Shown: positions 38,701 through 47,830 of the stretch, piece after piece | Numbering within the stretch: position 1 is the first letter of the stretch | Layout of the letters: each line of letters opens with the position of its first letter | Virus record (IMG/VR): IMGVR_UViG_3300044701_003953 | Coordinates: 1 to 64,000 of that record | DNA: 64,000 nucleotides | Direction: 5' to 3' (one strand) | Made by a program: the position numbers and the translations under genes | Notes under the pieces: generated by a model | Told to the model about the DNA's origin: nothing | What the model saw: only the letters and a program-made list of their open reading frames with translations | Databases searched by the model: none

Positions 38701-39739
38701 AAGCAGAAACTGTTGTGAAAGCACCAGTAGAGGCCGAGTTAGCACCGATTGCTGTGCCGTCAATGTTACCGCCATTGATGTCAACTGTAGCAAATGTCGA
38801 TGTGCCGCTAGATGTGACATCACCTGTCAGGTCGCCAGTCACGTTACCTGTTACATTACCAGTTACGTTACCAGTCAAATCGCCAGTTACATCGCCAGTT
38901 ACGTCACCAGTTACATCACCTGTCAAATCGCCTGTGATCGTACCACTTGCTGTGATATTATTAAATGAGCTTGTACCGGACGAAGTGATATCGCCAGTTA
39001 CATCACCAGTTACATTACCTGTGACATTACCTGTCAAATCGCCTGTTACGTCACCAGTTAGGTCGCCAGTTACATTACCAGTTACATTACCTGTGACATT
39101 ACCTGTCAAGTCGCCTGTTACGTCGCCTGTTAGGTCACCAGTTACATTACCTGTGACATTACCTGTCAAGTCACCAGTCACGTTACCTGTAACATCACCA
39201 GTTAAGTCGCCACTGAAGCCAGTTGCGGCTTGTATTGTTGCGGCGCTAACGTCGCCTGTTGTTGTTAGGTCACCGCCTGTGATGCTCAGTGTACCATCTG
39301 TGAGTTCGTCACCAGTGATTACGCCAGCGACGAAGTCAGCTGTGGCTGTTTCGTTGATAGCACCTGCTGTACCACCAGTTTCTGTAGTCAGGATAGCTTT
39401 AAATGCGTCGTCGGCTTCTACCCAGACCAGGGCAGCGTTGACGTTGCCTACGCCAGAGATGCTGGCTAAGTTTCTGTTTACCAGGATACCAATGTCATAG
39501 CTTGGTGAACCGGTATAACCGTTGTTGAAAATGACCAGTGGGTCATTGATGTATGTGTTCGTGCTCTGTACCGTGCTCGTGTCGCCGCTGACAGACAAGT
39601 TACCAACGATGGTAACATTAGAATTCAGTGTTAGATCAGCGTTAAAAACCGAACCAACGAGTGTACCTGGTTTGATCTTGGTATACTCAATGGTTGAGTC
39701 CGTGATCTGATTATTTTTAATTCGTGTAATGTTAGGCAT
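35738..39739 (-). CDS. Long tail fibre / adhesin (1333 aa) with TG[DN][VL] tetrapeptide repeats
   Basis: Repeat blocks plus ATKAYVD and IPAGTTAERP...IRYN fibre modules; TAAATA at 39772-39777. Confidence 0.8.
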   Translation of the reverse strand: MPNITRIKNNQITDSTIEYTKIKPGTLVGSVFNADLTLNSNVTIVGNLSVSGDTSTVQSTNTYINDPLVIFNNGYTGSPSYDIGILVNRNLASISGVGNVNAALVWVEADDAFKAILTTETGGTAGAINETATADFVAGVITGDELTDGTLSITGGDLTTTGDVSAATIQAATGFSGDLTGDVTGNVTGDLTGNVTGNVTGDLTGDVTGDLTGNVTGNVTGNVTGDLTGDVTGDLTGNVTGNVTGDVTGDITSSGTSSFNNITASGTITGDLTGDVTGDVTGDVTGDLTGNVTGNVTGNVTGDLTGDVTSSGTSTFATVDINGGNIDGTAIGANSASTGAFTTVSASAGFTGDLTGDVTGDVTGDLTGNVTGNVTGNVTGDLTGDVTSSGTSSFNDITASGTITGDLTGDVTGDLTGNVTGNVTGDLTGDVTGDVTGDITSAGTSTFTGTVDASAASTTLGDTTFDATSTIDAGANKITNVGTPTDNTDAATKAYVDGKISAGGDRIIEDDTSVIINDDGTNAGDIEVTVDGTLTTTFAETLTTSAVAVEITDTTASTDSSTGALVVAGGAGIGGDTNIGGDLVVGGDLTVQGTVTSVNSTQVDIADLNITVAKGAANATAANGAGLTVDGANATITYNSASDTWDFNKDIVADVTGDLTGDVTGNVTGNVTGDLTGNVTGNVTGDLTGDVTGDVTGDLTGNVTGNVTGDVTGDIYASNGTSKILENGTDGTNATFTGDVTGDLTGNVTGNVTGDLTGNVTGNVTGDLTGDVTGDVTGDLTGNVTGNVTGNVTGDLTGNVTGNVTGDLTGDVTGDLTGNVTGNVTGDLTGNVTGNVTGNVTGDLTGDVTSSGTSTFATVDINGGNIDGTAIGANSASTGAFTTVSASAGFTGDLTGDVTGDVTGDVTGDVTGDLTGNVTGNVTGNVTGDLTGDVTGDVTGDVTGDLTGNVTGNVTGDLTGDVTSTGTSSFSDAQISGGAIDGTPVGATTASTGAFTTLDASGSATLADVSATDLDIESLTVNSAQTAGDNIIHSGVTDAGLFRSVADATYDQVIIGGDGTAGDLVVGAKLAVLGTDSMMIPAGTTAERPATGAAGMIRYNSTTGSAELYTGTQWRNIGGDFTVISAESFNGDGSTTAFTLADSITTAGAIVAINGVVQIPTVSYSISGTTLTFTEAPENGDVIDVRRLQTTSTISGVASVNGDFEFRPTDTALELYTGGANTTKVIANGAFVTTAAATSATTTATTVDSFAKATYRSAKYVVQASTAGGDYEVSEVLVVHNGTTATFVEYGNVATNGSLGTITATISGANVLLQYTAASGTVSVVVKQDYIAA
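36855..39240 (-). repeat. Degenerate 12-bp coding repeats (TGDV/TGDL/TGNV) in several blocks, with an internal ~130-bp duplicated spacer
   Basis: Runs such as gttacattacctgtgacattacct; duplicated spacer at about 37071-37200 and 38691-38820. Confidence 0.9.
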
Positions 39740-39905
39740 ACCTTGTAGCTCCTAAAAAGATTTCGCTATGGTATTTACCAAAATCGTAGGTAAACACCAT
39801 TCGTGTGTGAAATTTTTAAGGTCTACAAGAATGGAGTTGGATGGAAGTTAATGACTAAGCCGTGACTCTACAGGAGTCAGGTATTGAATTACATTATTAT
39901 TTATA

Positions 39906-41339
39906 TCACCAGGTGCTTAAAGCGGCTCTAACCCAGGTGTTTTGTGCTACACACACATATACATAGTTACTATCATATGCTACTTGCCCAGGAGTACCAC
40001 TTGCTGTAGCACTAGACGGTGCTGTTGCTGAAGCTAGACGTGTAGCCACAGTTGTAGCTAAGAAACGCACATCAATGATGTCTGTGGGCAACGGAGTTTC
40101 TAAGAAAGTTATGTTTGTGCCCAACACGGAATATGTAGCAGGACTTTGTATCACGCCGTTTAATGACACCATTACGCTGTCTGTGGTCGCTTCTTGATCC
40201 AACGTGTATGTGTCTGAAGAGCCATCAGGTTCGATGATCTGTGATTCGATGTTATTAGTGAGCTTGACCCAGGTATTACCATCGTATAATTCAACTGTAG
40301 CTAGATCTGTGTTATAGCGTATGTCACCTGAATTTGGGGCCGCTGGACGCTGAGAAGTGTTACCAACGGGAAGATTTATCGCGGCCGTAGTATCAATGTT
40401 TAATACACCGGTTGTAGAGACCGTGTCACTGGAGATAGTAGTATTGCCAATCACATACCCTGTGGCATCAAACTGACTGTGTGCTACGCCGTCTACTGTG
40501 ACATTAATGACGCCAGGATCGATCCCGTCATCGTTGATAATAACTGAAGTGTCGCCTTTGATGATCCGGTCGTCATTGAAGTCTAAGAAACGAGTGTCAA
40601 CATAGTTTTTAGTGGCTGCGTCTTGCGGATCTTCAGGGTCAGCTACACTGGTTAGTGGGTTTCCGTTGAGGCTGATTTTGCCAGGGCCAATGGCATCTAG
40701 GACGAGATCTTTAGCGCCATCTAGTGTAGAAATAGTCGTGTCGGTGACTTGTAGGTTACCGATATTGGCTGTTTGTCCTGCGGCGGCGCCTACGCCTTTA
40801 GGGCCGACATATCGGGCGCCTGACACATAGATCGCTTTGTCAGTGACATTAGTAGCTATAGCTGTAGGAAGATTTTCTCCAATAAAATGCAAGATTCCAG
40901 CTTGATAGTCAAAAAACCATTCGTCATCGTTACCGGATCCGGCACCAATTAGCTGTGTGCCGGTGGTCTGCGGTGCCGCGGCGCCTGGATCATTTACATA
41001 AACTTTGACCAAGTAAGTAGATCCAAACTCAGGAGGTATCCAATCAACAAGATCTGTTTTCCAGGTACGATTGTCACTAGATGTGATGTCTTCTGTGCAT
41101 TCTACCGTGGCTGAAGCTAATCCTGAATCATTATAGACTTCAATGATGTCGATGCTGCTATCGGGCATGACCAATGGGATATCGGCAGATCTCTGCCAAA
41201 CTTTGTCTCCGCGCACCAGCAAGGGACTGGAGATGCTTTCGTTAAAAGCACGCTTGTATTCCAGAGTATCAGTTTTAGCTAGTCCGTAACCTAGCTTCTT
41301 CCAGAGATAGTCAACTTTTTGATTGTCGGAGATAGCCAT
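39906..41339 (-). CDS. Virion structural / baseplate-fibre protein
   Basis: MAISDNQKVDYLWKK; shares ATKNYVD, LPVGNTSQRP and NGVIQ modules with neighbouring fibres. Confidence 0.7.
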   Translation of the reverse strand: MAISDNQKVDYLWKKLGYGLAKTDTLEYKRAFNESISSPLLVRGDKVWQRSADIPLVMPDSSIDIIEVYNDSGLASATVECTEDITSSDNRTWKTDLVDWIPPEFGSTYLVKVYVNDPGAAAPQTTGTQLIGAGSGNDDEWFFDYQAGILHFIGENLPTAIATNVTDKAIYVSGARYVGPKGVGAAAGQTANIGNLQVTDTTISTLDGAKDLVLDAIGPGKISLNGNPLTSVADPEDPQDAATKNYVDTRFLDFNDDRIIKGDTSVIINDDGIDPGVINVTVDGVAHSQFDATGYVIGNTTISSDTVSTTGVLNIDTTAAINLPVGNTSQRPAAPNSGDIRYNTDLATVELYDGNTWVKLTNNIESQIIEPDGSSDTYTLDQEATTDSVMVSLNGVIQSPATYSVLGTNITFLETPLPTDIIDVRFLATTVATRLASATAPSSATASGTPGQVAYDSNYVYVCVAQNTWVRAALSTW

Positions 41340-44300
41340 TATGCTGATGCTCCTATACTGATTGAGTTGACATAGTCATTGGTAGCCAACTGTATGCGAA
41401 CCAAGCACACATTTCCTGTGGCTTTGGAAAGATTTTCGCCGCCCAATGTCAGAGTATAACTTCCGTTGATGGCTGTGCCAGTAGGGATTCGGTCTGACGA
41501 TGTTACCGCACAACCATTGCTTCCGTTGCCACCAGTAGCGGTGTTGGCGCCAGGAACACCTGAACCAGCATAGTTAGTCGATGAATCTAACCAACCATTG
41601 AGAGTTGATGTAGTATCAACATCTGTGCCGGGTGCAGCTATCCACAACCCCGATATCTTGCCATTGATAGCGATGTCAAAGTTGGCTACCAATGTTCTGC
41701 GGAAGGCAAATGTGAAATATTGGTATCCTGTTCTTCCGGTGGCTAAATCGGGTCCAGCAGGAAGATAATTTGTAAAGTCTGTAGTGACATTTTTGATCGC
41801 TCCCCATCGAACAACAGCTTCGTTGGTTCCGTCTACCGTAGTAGCTCCTGTGAATACTTGGGTAGTATAATAATTTGTCGCAGAATTAAATGCCGGGGTA
41901 GCGTCTAAAGGTCCGCCGGTGTTTGAAATCACCACTCGTTTACCATTGTCGCTATAAGTACCACCTAAGTTAGATGACACAGGGATAGATTCTTCGTTGA
42001 TACCCGATATCGTCGACGAGTAGACGTTGATAGGTACAGTCACCTGTTTGGTAGTGCCAGATCCATTGACGTTGGTAGCCGTGACATTGAGATAACCAAC
42101 TGAGGCAGCGGTTCCGTCGATGTTGACGTCAATACCACCTAAAGCATATATTGATCCGTTGCCAGTGTTGGCATTGGGAATACCTGATGTCAAGAAACTA
42201 GTTGATCCATCAACGTCAGTATAGGATTTTGATTGTGGTGAGATCAATGATCCTGTGGTGCTTTCAAGGTTGGCGCCATCAGAAACAGTCACAGGGTTTC
42301 CATTGAAATAAGTCTGTCCGATCCAATCTGTGATAGTCACCCCACTGATCGTAACAGCACCACCGGTATTGTAATAAGGTACACCCGATATGTAACGATA
42401 TGTGCCGCTGGTTTTTTCAGTGATAGTAGCCGATGAAGTATCTAAGGTAGGTACCGCTATGAGATCGTCTCGTACAAATCCAGTTGAATTAGTATTTCCA
42501 GATACCGTGTGAGTAAGTTGGAGAGTGCTGTAGCCTACTGGCAAGTCGGAGATAAATTTTGATATGCGTGCATCAAAGACCTTGTAGAATCCTGTGGGGT
42601 AAACACTATCAGATATAGCAAGGTGTGCATCTCTGTCATCGACTACCACTAGGCTGTTATAGGTTCCCGACTTGTTAGATGCTGTGTCAAATATCACTGA
42701 GCCATCATCGGTGCCATTAACACTAGCAACTAATGTTCCTGCTATCGATGTGTTGGCATCAGTAATAGTCGACGACGAAATAGTTCCCGAAACATATCTG
42801 GTCACTGTCGTACCAGCCGATGGCATAGCGCCGCCGGAGTTATTCGTGGCATCATAGGCCAATCTTGGACTGGTGCCTTGGCTGGATGTGCTCATTGACA
42901 GAGTCTTTGACGAAAGATTTCCGGGGGCAACTGGGTTAGCTGCTATGGTTAACGTGCGACTCTCTGTGTCTGTTTGTGCAATGGTCCCGGGCATGCCAGC
43001 CACTGCTAATGTAACTGTCTTGGTGCCAGTAGTGGTGTAAGAATGCGATATCGACCCGCCAGTGGCCGTTCCTGCATCGCCTTCGTTGATTGTGCCCGAT
43101 GTGTTGCCGTCTCCCCAAGACCACTCATAGGTATCAGCATTTTGGCTAGTGGTTGAGAAATTAAACTTTGATCTATCGTTATTGTTGTAATCGGTATAGG
43201 CATAGCCCACCGAACTGCTGTCACCTAATCGGTCACTGACTATGTCGGCGGTCAATGTAAAATTTGATCTTACATCAGGTTCTACAGTGATCACTGTGGG
43301 CAACGAAGTAAATGGGCTGAGACTGTGGCCGTTTACTACGTCAAGAGTCACGCTGTAAGTTTTAGTAACCCCGGCTGCCTGATCGGACGCTGAGAGAGCA
43401 AATGTATGCGATATCGGAGAACCGGGATTTCCTGCGATACCTGGACCAACATCAATGGTGTTGTCGGTGCTATCGTCCCAAATCCAACGATATCTATTTG
43501 ATAGAAAAATAGACGTATTGCCGGGGGCTGTATCAGTAGAGTTAGTGAAAGATACTACTCCGCCAGCGGTCGCTTCTTCGTTGACTACGCGGACGGTGTT
43601 GGCTGTGAAGCTTGGTGTGTGCTCGCTGTAGACATAGATTGGGTAAGGATCTGACTCTATAGTGACTGGGGAAGGGCCTGCTGTGTCGCTGGTCGCTAGC
43701 AGCACTAAATCATATTTGGTGTCACCGTTGGTGTTGCTGTAGATATGGGTGCGAGTATCAGTGCCTGACCCATCGTCTTCCCATACCGCACCTTTAGTAT
43801 TGGGATCGTAGACGATCTTACCGCTACCGTCGACTTGTATACCGCCGTTGAGTTTGGTTAGAGCCGTCGTTGTACCATCGCCCCAGACGATCTCATATGA
43901 GTTTGAATATTCACTGAAGTTAGTGATCGCTAATCCGGTCACATCATCGGTGTCAATGACGTCACTGATCAACGACAACGAAGGCACGGGGTTTGGTGTG
44001 TACAGAGTGATGTAGTCTGTCTTGATCTCTTGATCAACCGATCCACGAGCACCAGCCGATAAGTCACCATTTAGTGTGCCTGCGGAGTTGTATGCTCGTA
44101 ATGTGACTGTGTACTGTTCGCCTTCCTCGTTGTTGTACGTGTGACTCACAACCGATCCGGCAGTTATCACTGTACCATCACCGAAGTCCCAATAATAATT
44201 TGTGGGATTGCCTGTGACAGTGCTTGTGAATTCTACTGTCATCGGGCTAGGACCAGCAACAACATTGGCTGAAAAATTGGCTTCGCCAACATAAGTGCCT

Positions 44301-44800
44301 TTGGCAATATTGAGTGCTACTTGATTGAGATCATCAATAGCGTCTGTGACATAAACATCAGGCGTCCAGCTGTCCCAGGAAGCATGTTCATTTAATGAGC
44401 TGTCGGTAGGAGTTCCAAGTATTACTGTCATTCCAGTAGTGCCAGTGGCCTGTGCCAAGCTACCAATGTCACTCCACCTCAATGTACCGTTGCCATCTGT
44501 GGTCAACACATAGTTAGATGTCCCACCCGAAATAGTGATATCTGTAACAGCACCAAGATCTAATAGACCACTCAATGAAGATATCGACGATCCTGAAATT
44601 AAAACATCTCCAACCCTGGCTTCGCCATTAACATCAAGGTCGTATGCTGGACTATTAGTTTTTATACCAACGCGGCCGTCTTGACTATTTTGATTATTGT
44701 TGACATCGAGGTAGATGAGGTTGCCTTCGAAGCGCAGGTCGACCCCTTGGCGCTCCAAGTTTTCATATAGCATCGCACCTGATATTCTACCTATTGCCAT
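41339..44800 (-). CDS. Large Ser/Thr-rich virion protein with PKD domains (1153 aa)
   Basis: NYYWDFGDG, YEWSWGDG, IVWGDG PKD signatures. Confidence 0.75.
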   Translation of the reverse strand: MAIGRISGAMLYENLERQGVDLRFEGNLIYLDVNNNQNSQDGRVGIKTNSPAYDLDVNGEARVGDVLISGSSISSLSGLLDLGAVTDITISGGTSNYVLTTDGNGTLRWSDIGSLAQATGTTGMTVILGTPTDSSLNEHASWDSWTPDVYVTDAIDDLNQVALNIAKGTYVGEANFSANVVAGPSPMTVEFTSTVTGNPTNYYWDFGDGTVITAGSVVSHTYNNEEGEQYTVTLRAYNSAGTLNGDLSAGARGSVDQEIKTDYITLYTPNPVPSLSLISDVIDTDDVTGLAITNFSEYSNSYEIVWGDGTTTALTKLNGGIQVDGSGKIVYDPNTKGAVWEDDGSGTDTRTHIYSNTNGDTKYDLVLLATSDTAGPSPVTIESDPYPIYVYSEHTPSFTANTVRVVNEEATAGGVVSFTNSTDTAPGNTSIFLSNRYRWIWDDSTDNTIDVGPGIAGNPGSPISHTFALSASDQAAGVTKTYSVTLDVVNGHSLSPFTSLPTVITVEPDVRSNFTLTADIVSDRLGDSSSVGYAYTDYNNNDRSKFNFSTTSQNADTYEWSWGDGNTSGTINEGDAGTATGGSISHSYTTTGTKTVTLAVAGMPGTIAQTDTESRTLTIAANPVAPGNLSSKTLSMSTSSQGTSPRLAYDATNNSGGAMPSAGTTVTRYVSGTISSSTITDANTSIAGTLVASVNGTDDGSVIFDTASNKSGTYNSLVVVDDRDAHLAISDSVYPTGFYKVFDARISKFISDLPVGYSTLQLTHTVSGNTNSTGFVRDDLIAVPTLDTSSATITEKTSGTYRYISGVPYYNTGGAVTISGVTITDWIGQTYFNGNPVTVSDGANLESTTGSLISPQSKSYTDVDGSTSFLTSGIPNANTGNGSIYALGGIDVNIDGTAASVGYLNVTATNVNGSGTTKQVTVPINVYSSTISGINEESIPVSSNLGGTYSDNGKRVVISNTGGPLDATPAFNSATNYYTTQVFTGATTVDGTNEAVVRWGAIKNVTTDFTNYLPAGPDLATGRTGYQYFTFAFRRTLVANFDIAINGKISGLWIAAPGTDVDTTSTLNGWLDSSTNYAGSGVPGANTATGGNGSNGCAVTSSDRIPTGTAINGSYTLTLGGENLSKATGNVCLVRIQLATNDYVNSISIGASA

Positions 44801-44810
44801 GTTTTATCCT

Positions 44811-45251
44811 TTACAAAGCGTCGGTCTTGACGTCGGTGCTGTTGAAATTGTAAATGATAACGATCTTGTTGGGACTGTTTGGTAAGTCAGGAGCCGGTGG
44901 AGGGCTAGTGAACACTATTTCTGGACCAGATATTGTATAGTTTACACCAGGCTGTTGATATACACCGCCAATGAATACCATGACGTCTGTGGCATTAGCT
45001 ACAGCATTGGTCATGGTAAAATTAGTAGAGGTATTGTTGCCAATTTCTTCTTGTGTTTCTATCATGACATTGCCCACTGATGCAATATCTTTCCAATCAT
45101 TATTATAAACGTATTGTACTCTGTTAGTAGATGTGTTGAATCTAATCATTCCATCTATTAGATTAGAAGGTTCAGGACCTGATGTACCAGCCAGTGGTAA
45201 TCGAAATGCATAACCAACTGAGGTACTTGAATTTTTTAAATAACGTCCCAT
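44811..45251 (-). CDS. Virion structural protein
   Basis: GMIRFNTSTN and VFIGGVYQQP..YTISG modules shared with the fibres. Confidence 0.65.
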   Translation of the reverse strand: MGRYLKNSSTSVGYAFRLPLAGTSGPEPSNLIDGMIRFNTSTNRVQYVYNNDWKDIASVGNVMIETQEEIGNNTSTNFTMTNAVANATDVMVFIGGVYQQPGVNYTISGPEIVFTSPPPAPDLPNSPNKIVIIYNFNSTDVKTDAL

Positions 45252-45273
45252 TTAAATTCTGCTCTTTTATATT

Positions 45274-45585
45274 TTACAATGTGGTATAACTTACTGTGGC
45301 GACGACAACATCATCTGCGGATGCTGATCCATAAACGGTGTCTCCATTATCTAGCAAAAGTTTTTCAGTATCTAAAATATAGGTATCACCGGGTTCAATC
45401 GATAGCGCACCATAAAATTTATTACCGTCCGATGGAGAATCTCCCGACGGAACCGCATAGAGATCGATGGTTCTCATAGTAGAGTCGCCATTGTAGAGAT
45501 ATATCACTGTGACTGCTCGTTCGCCGACAGTGTTGCTGATGATTGGCGCCGGCGTTGAAGTCAAGGTAGTGTTTGCAATTGACAT
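45274..45585 (-). CDS. Small virion structural protein (beta-rich)
   Basis: Operon position; beta-strand composition. Confidence 0.6.
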   Translation of the reverse strand: MSIANTTLTSTPAPIISNTVGERAVTVIYLYNGDSTMRTIDLYAVPSGDSPSDGNKFYGALSIEPGDTYILDTEKLLLDNGDTVYGSASADDVVVATVSYTTL

Positions 45586-45594
45586 GAGTTGTTC

Positions 45595-46140
45595 CTAAAA
45601 AATCAATGCGTAAATAAACGCTTTACGTTTGGTCACTAACTCTTTTTCAATAGAAGAATCGTTAGTGACAAATATTCCTGTGCCGCCACCGGCAACGGTA
45701 TTAAATTTAATTTCAACATTGGCATCTGTGTCTTTGATAGTGTTACCAGCTAATGACAGATTGCCACCTAATTCTGGCTGTAGATCTTCTACTACAGCCG
45801 TCAGTCCTGCCCCTGACGAAGAAGAAACCGAAGTAAGAATATATCTTGCTGTCCCATCTCCGTTGTTAAGTATCCAAGCATCATCGGACTCACGAAACTT
45901 AAGATATGCTGTTGTCAGTGTTCCGCGATCAACTTCAATTCCCGACGTGCTGTCACCACCCAATACGCCAGCTTGCATAGTATCGTCATCCAGTTTATTC
46001 AATGTGATTATTCTATCATTGACTGTGGATTCAATAGATTGTAATTTGGTTTCTGTGCCAGTGACTATGAGATTCCCTTGAAGTTCAATCGTAGGAGATT
46101 TGATGGTGTAATAATCGCTGACTATTTTTTTAGCTGGCAT
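45595..46140 (-). CDS. Virion structural protein
   Basis: DRIITLNK, SGIEVDRG, LTAVVEDLQPELGGNL modules; TAAATA at 46168-46173. Confidence 0.65.
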   Translation of the reverse strand: MPAKKIVSDYYTIKSPTIELQGNLIVTGTETKLQSIESTVNDRIITLNKLDDDTMQAGVLGGDSTSGIEVDRGTLTTAYLKFRESDDAWILNNGDGTARYILTSVSSSSGAGLTAVVEDLQPELGGNLSLAGNTIKDTDANVEIKFNTVAGGGTGIFVTNDSSIEKELVTKRKAFIYALIF

Positions 46141-46206
46141 ACTCTGTTATCCAAGGTAATTTCCTAGTATTTATGCTCATAGATACATTGTACAAACTGT
46201 TCGACT

Positions 46207-46557
46207 TTATGGAGATACTATGCCAACTACATCGTCATGAGCATTTTTGGCTCCGACTACCCACCGATATCGTTCTCCAGTGGATTTCCAGACAAAGTCG
46301 TCGGTGATTTTGATCACATTAAATTTTCCATGGTTAACATGAGTAGCTGTGATGGTCATTTGGCCTGGGCCCGAAAGTTTATCTACTAGCTTGCATCTGC
46401 TAGTTCCTTCGTCAGTTTTAACTAAAAACACTCTTTCGCCAAGTTGGCTTAGTATATCGCCAACCATGCCTCTTGATCCGCCGATCACCCAGGCGTCCGA
46501 CGAAATCATGTCTTGATTTCCTTGAAAATATTTTGTATCTAAGCTAGGTCTTCCCAT
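46207..46557 (-). CDS. Hypothetical protein after major capsid (116 aa)
   Basis: Start trimmed to MGRPSLDTKYF; TATAAATA 7 nt upstream. Confidence 0.6.
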   Translation of the reverse strand: MGRPSLDTKYFQGNQDMISSDAWVIGGSRGMVGDILSQLGERVFLVKTDEGTSRCKLVDKLSGPGQMTITATHVNHGKFNVIKITDDFVWKSTGERYRWVVGAKNAHDDVVGIVSP

Positions 46558-46578
46558 AGTGTAGTATTTATAGTCAAC

Positions 46579-46603
46579 AAAAAAGGGCCTTGCGGCCCTT
46601 TTT
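46579..46603 (-). terminator. Terminator after major capsid gene
   Basis: aaaaagggcc-ttgc-ggcccttttt. Confidence 0.85.
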
Positions 46604-46638
46604 GTCCTTCCCATCCCTGGGTTGGTCTGATTCTCTGA

Positions 46639-47805
46639 TTAGGAGAACGACAGATTTTGGATAGCAACTTTACCGAGGTAGTCGGCAGCGTTACCTAACG
46701 AAGAAGCTGTGTTTGTCAGCTCAACGTAGCCATAACGTGTCATGAAGCCTACGACTGGCTCGAATGTTGCTGGGTCAAGAACGACACCAGAAGACATTAG
46801 AGGAACATATGGGCAGTAGAACGCAGCGGCGTCAGCTTCGCTAGAACCTTTGTAGCCAACGAGAACGTCAGCATCATCGGCAGCATAGCTGTCAACGTAA
46901 ATGCGCATTGCACCGTTCAATGTACCAACGAACTTGGTGTTTGTTGGAGCTTCGAATGTGCCTTCTGTTGTACGAGCAAAAGCAGAAGTTGTGGCAGACT
47001 GTAGAACAGTCAGAGCAGCTGGGGAAACAACGGCCCAGTTACCAGCACCACGACGTGTGCGTTGAGCGATACGGTTAGCAACGCGGTTGATCAGAACTGC
47101 TAGAGCAGCGTGCTGGTCACCAACGAATGTAGCTTGACCGGAAACACCAGTTTGGTCGAATGTTTCTTGTGCTGTACCGGCTAAGCTACGCAGAGAACCG
47201 AGAACTTCTTGATCGATTTCAACTGTGATTTCTTGTGCCAGAGCAGCCATGATTTCTGCTTCAACGTCCAGGCCATGCATGGCTTGTGCGTCTTGAGCAG
47301 CTTCAAATGTCCAACGAGCAGACAGTTTACGAGTTTTAGCCTCGACAACTTGCTTCAGGATTTGGACGTTGATCTTACGACCAGGTGCGCCTTCCAGGCT
47401 AGCTGTAGAAGAAGCCTTACCATTAGGATCTGTACCTGTACCAGAGTACGCAGTAGCGATCTTGAATGGGCTCAGTGCTTCGTCACCGGCTGTTACGTTG
47501 TCATTGCTGTCAGCGTAACGAACGCGGAGTGTGTGGATCTGAGCAACGGGGCCTGTCATTGGCTGAACACCAACGATTTCGTTAGCGATAACTGTTGGCA
47601 TTACTCGACGGATAACTGGAAGAATAACGCGGTTCAGTGTAGCTACGTTACCGGAAGCTGTTGCACCGGCTGTTGCATTTTCAGATAGATACTTCTTTGT
47701 GTTTTCAAGGATCACGCCCATTGTTGTGCGCTTGGAACCTTGGAGGCCTTCGAGCAGAGCTTCTTTGGTCTCGCCCCAGCGGCTCTCTAATAGTGCTTGT
47801 GTCAT
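46639..47805 (-). CDS. gp23: Major capsid protein (gp23)
   Basis: VIRRVMP..IANEIVGVQPMTGP, KTRKLSARWTFEAAQD, AAFYCPYVPL, FMTRYG. Confidence 0.96.
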   Translation of the reverse strand: MTQALLESRWGETKEALLEGLQGSKRTTMGVILENTKKYLSENATAGATASGNVATLNRVILPVIRRVMPTVIANEIVGVQPMTGPVAQIHTLRVRYADSNDNVTAGDEALSPFKIATAYSGTGTDPNGKASSTASLEGAPGRKINVQILKQVVEAKTRKLSARWTFEAAQDAQAMHGLDVEAEIMAALAQEITVEIDQEVLGSLRSLAGTAQETFDQTGVSGQATFVGDQHAALAVLINRVANRIAQRTRRGAGNWAVVSPAALTVLQSATTSAFARTTEGTFEAPTNTKFVGTLNGAMRIYVDSYAADDADVLVGYKGSSEADAAAFYCPYVPLMSSGVVLDPATFEPVVGFMTRYGYVELTNTASSLGNAADYLGKVAIQNLSFS

Positions 47806-47830
47806 TTTACCTTTTCTCCTTTAGGGTAAG

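Noticed and set aside
36516-39500. Long plus-strand ORFs (359, 209 and 411 aa) rich in PVT/SPV
   Set aside because: Antisense shadows of the TG[DN][VL] repeat gene; its codon pattern happens to lack reverse-strand stops.
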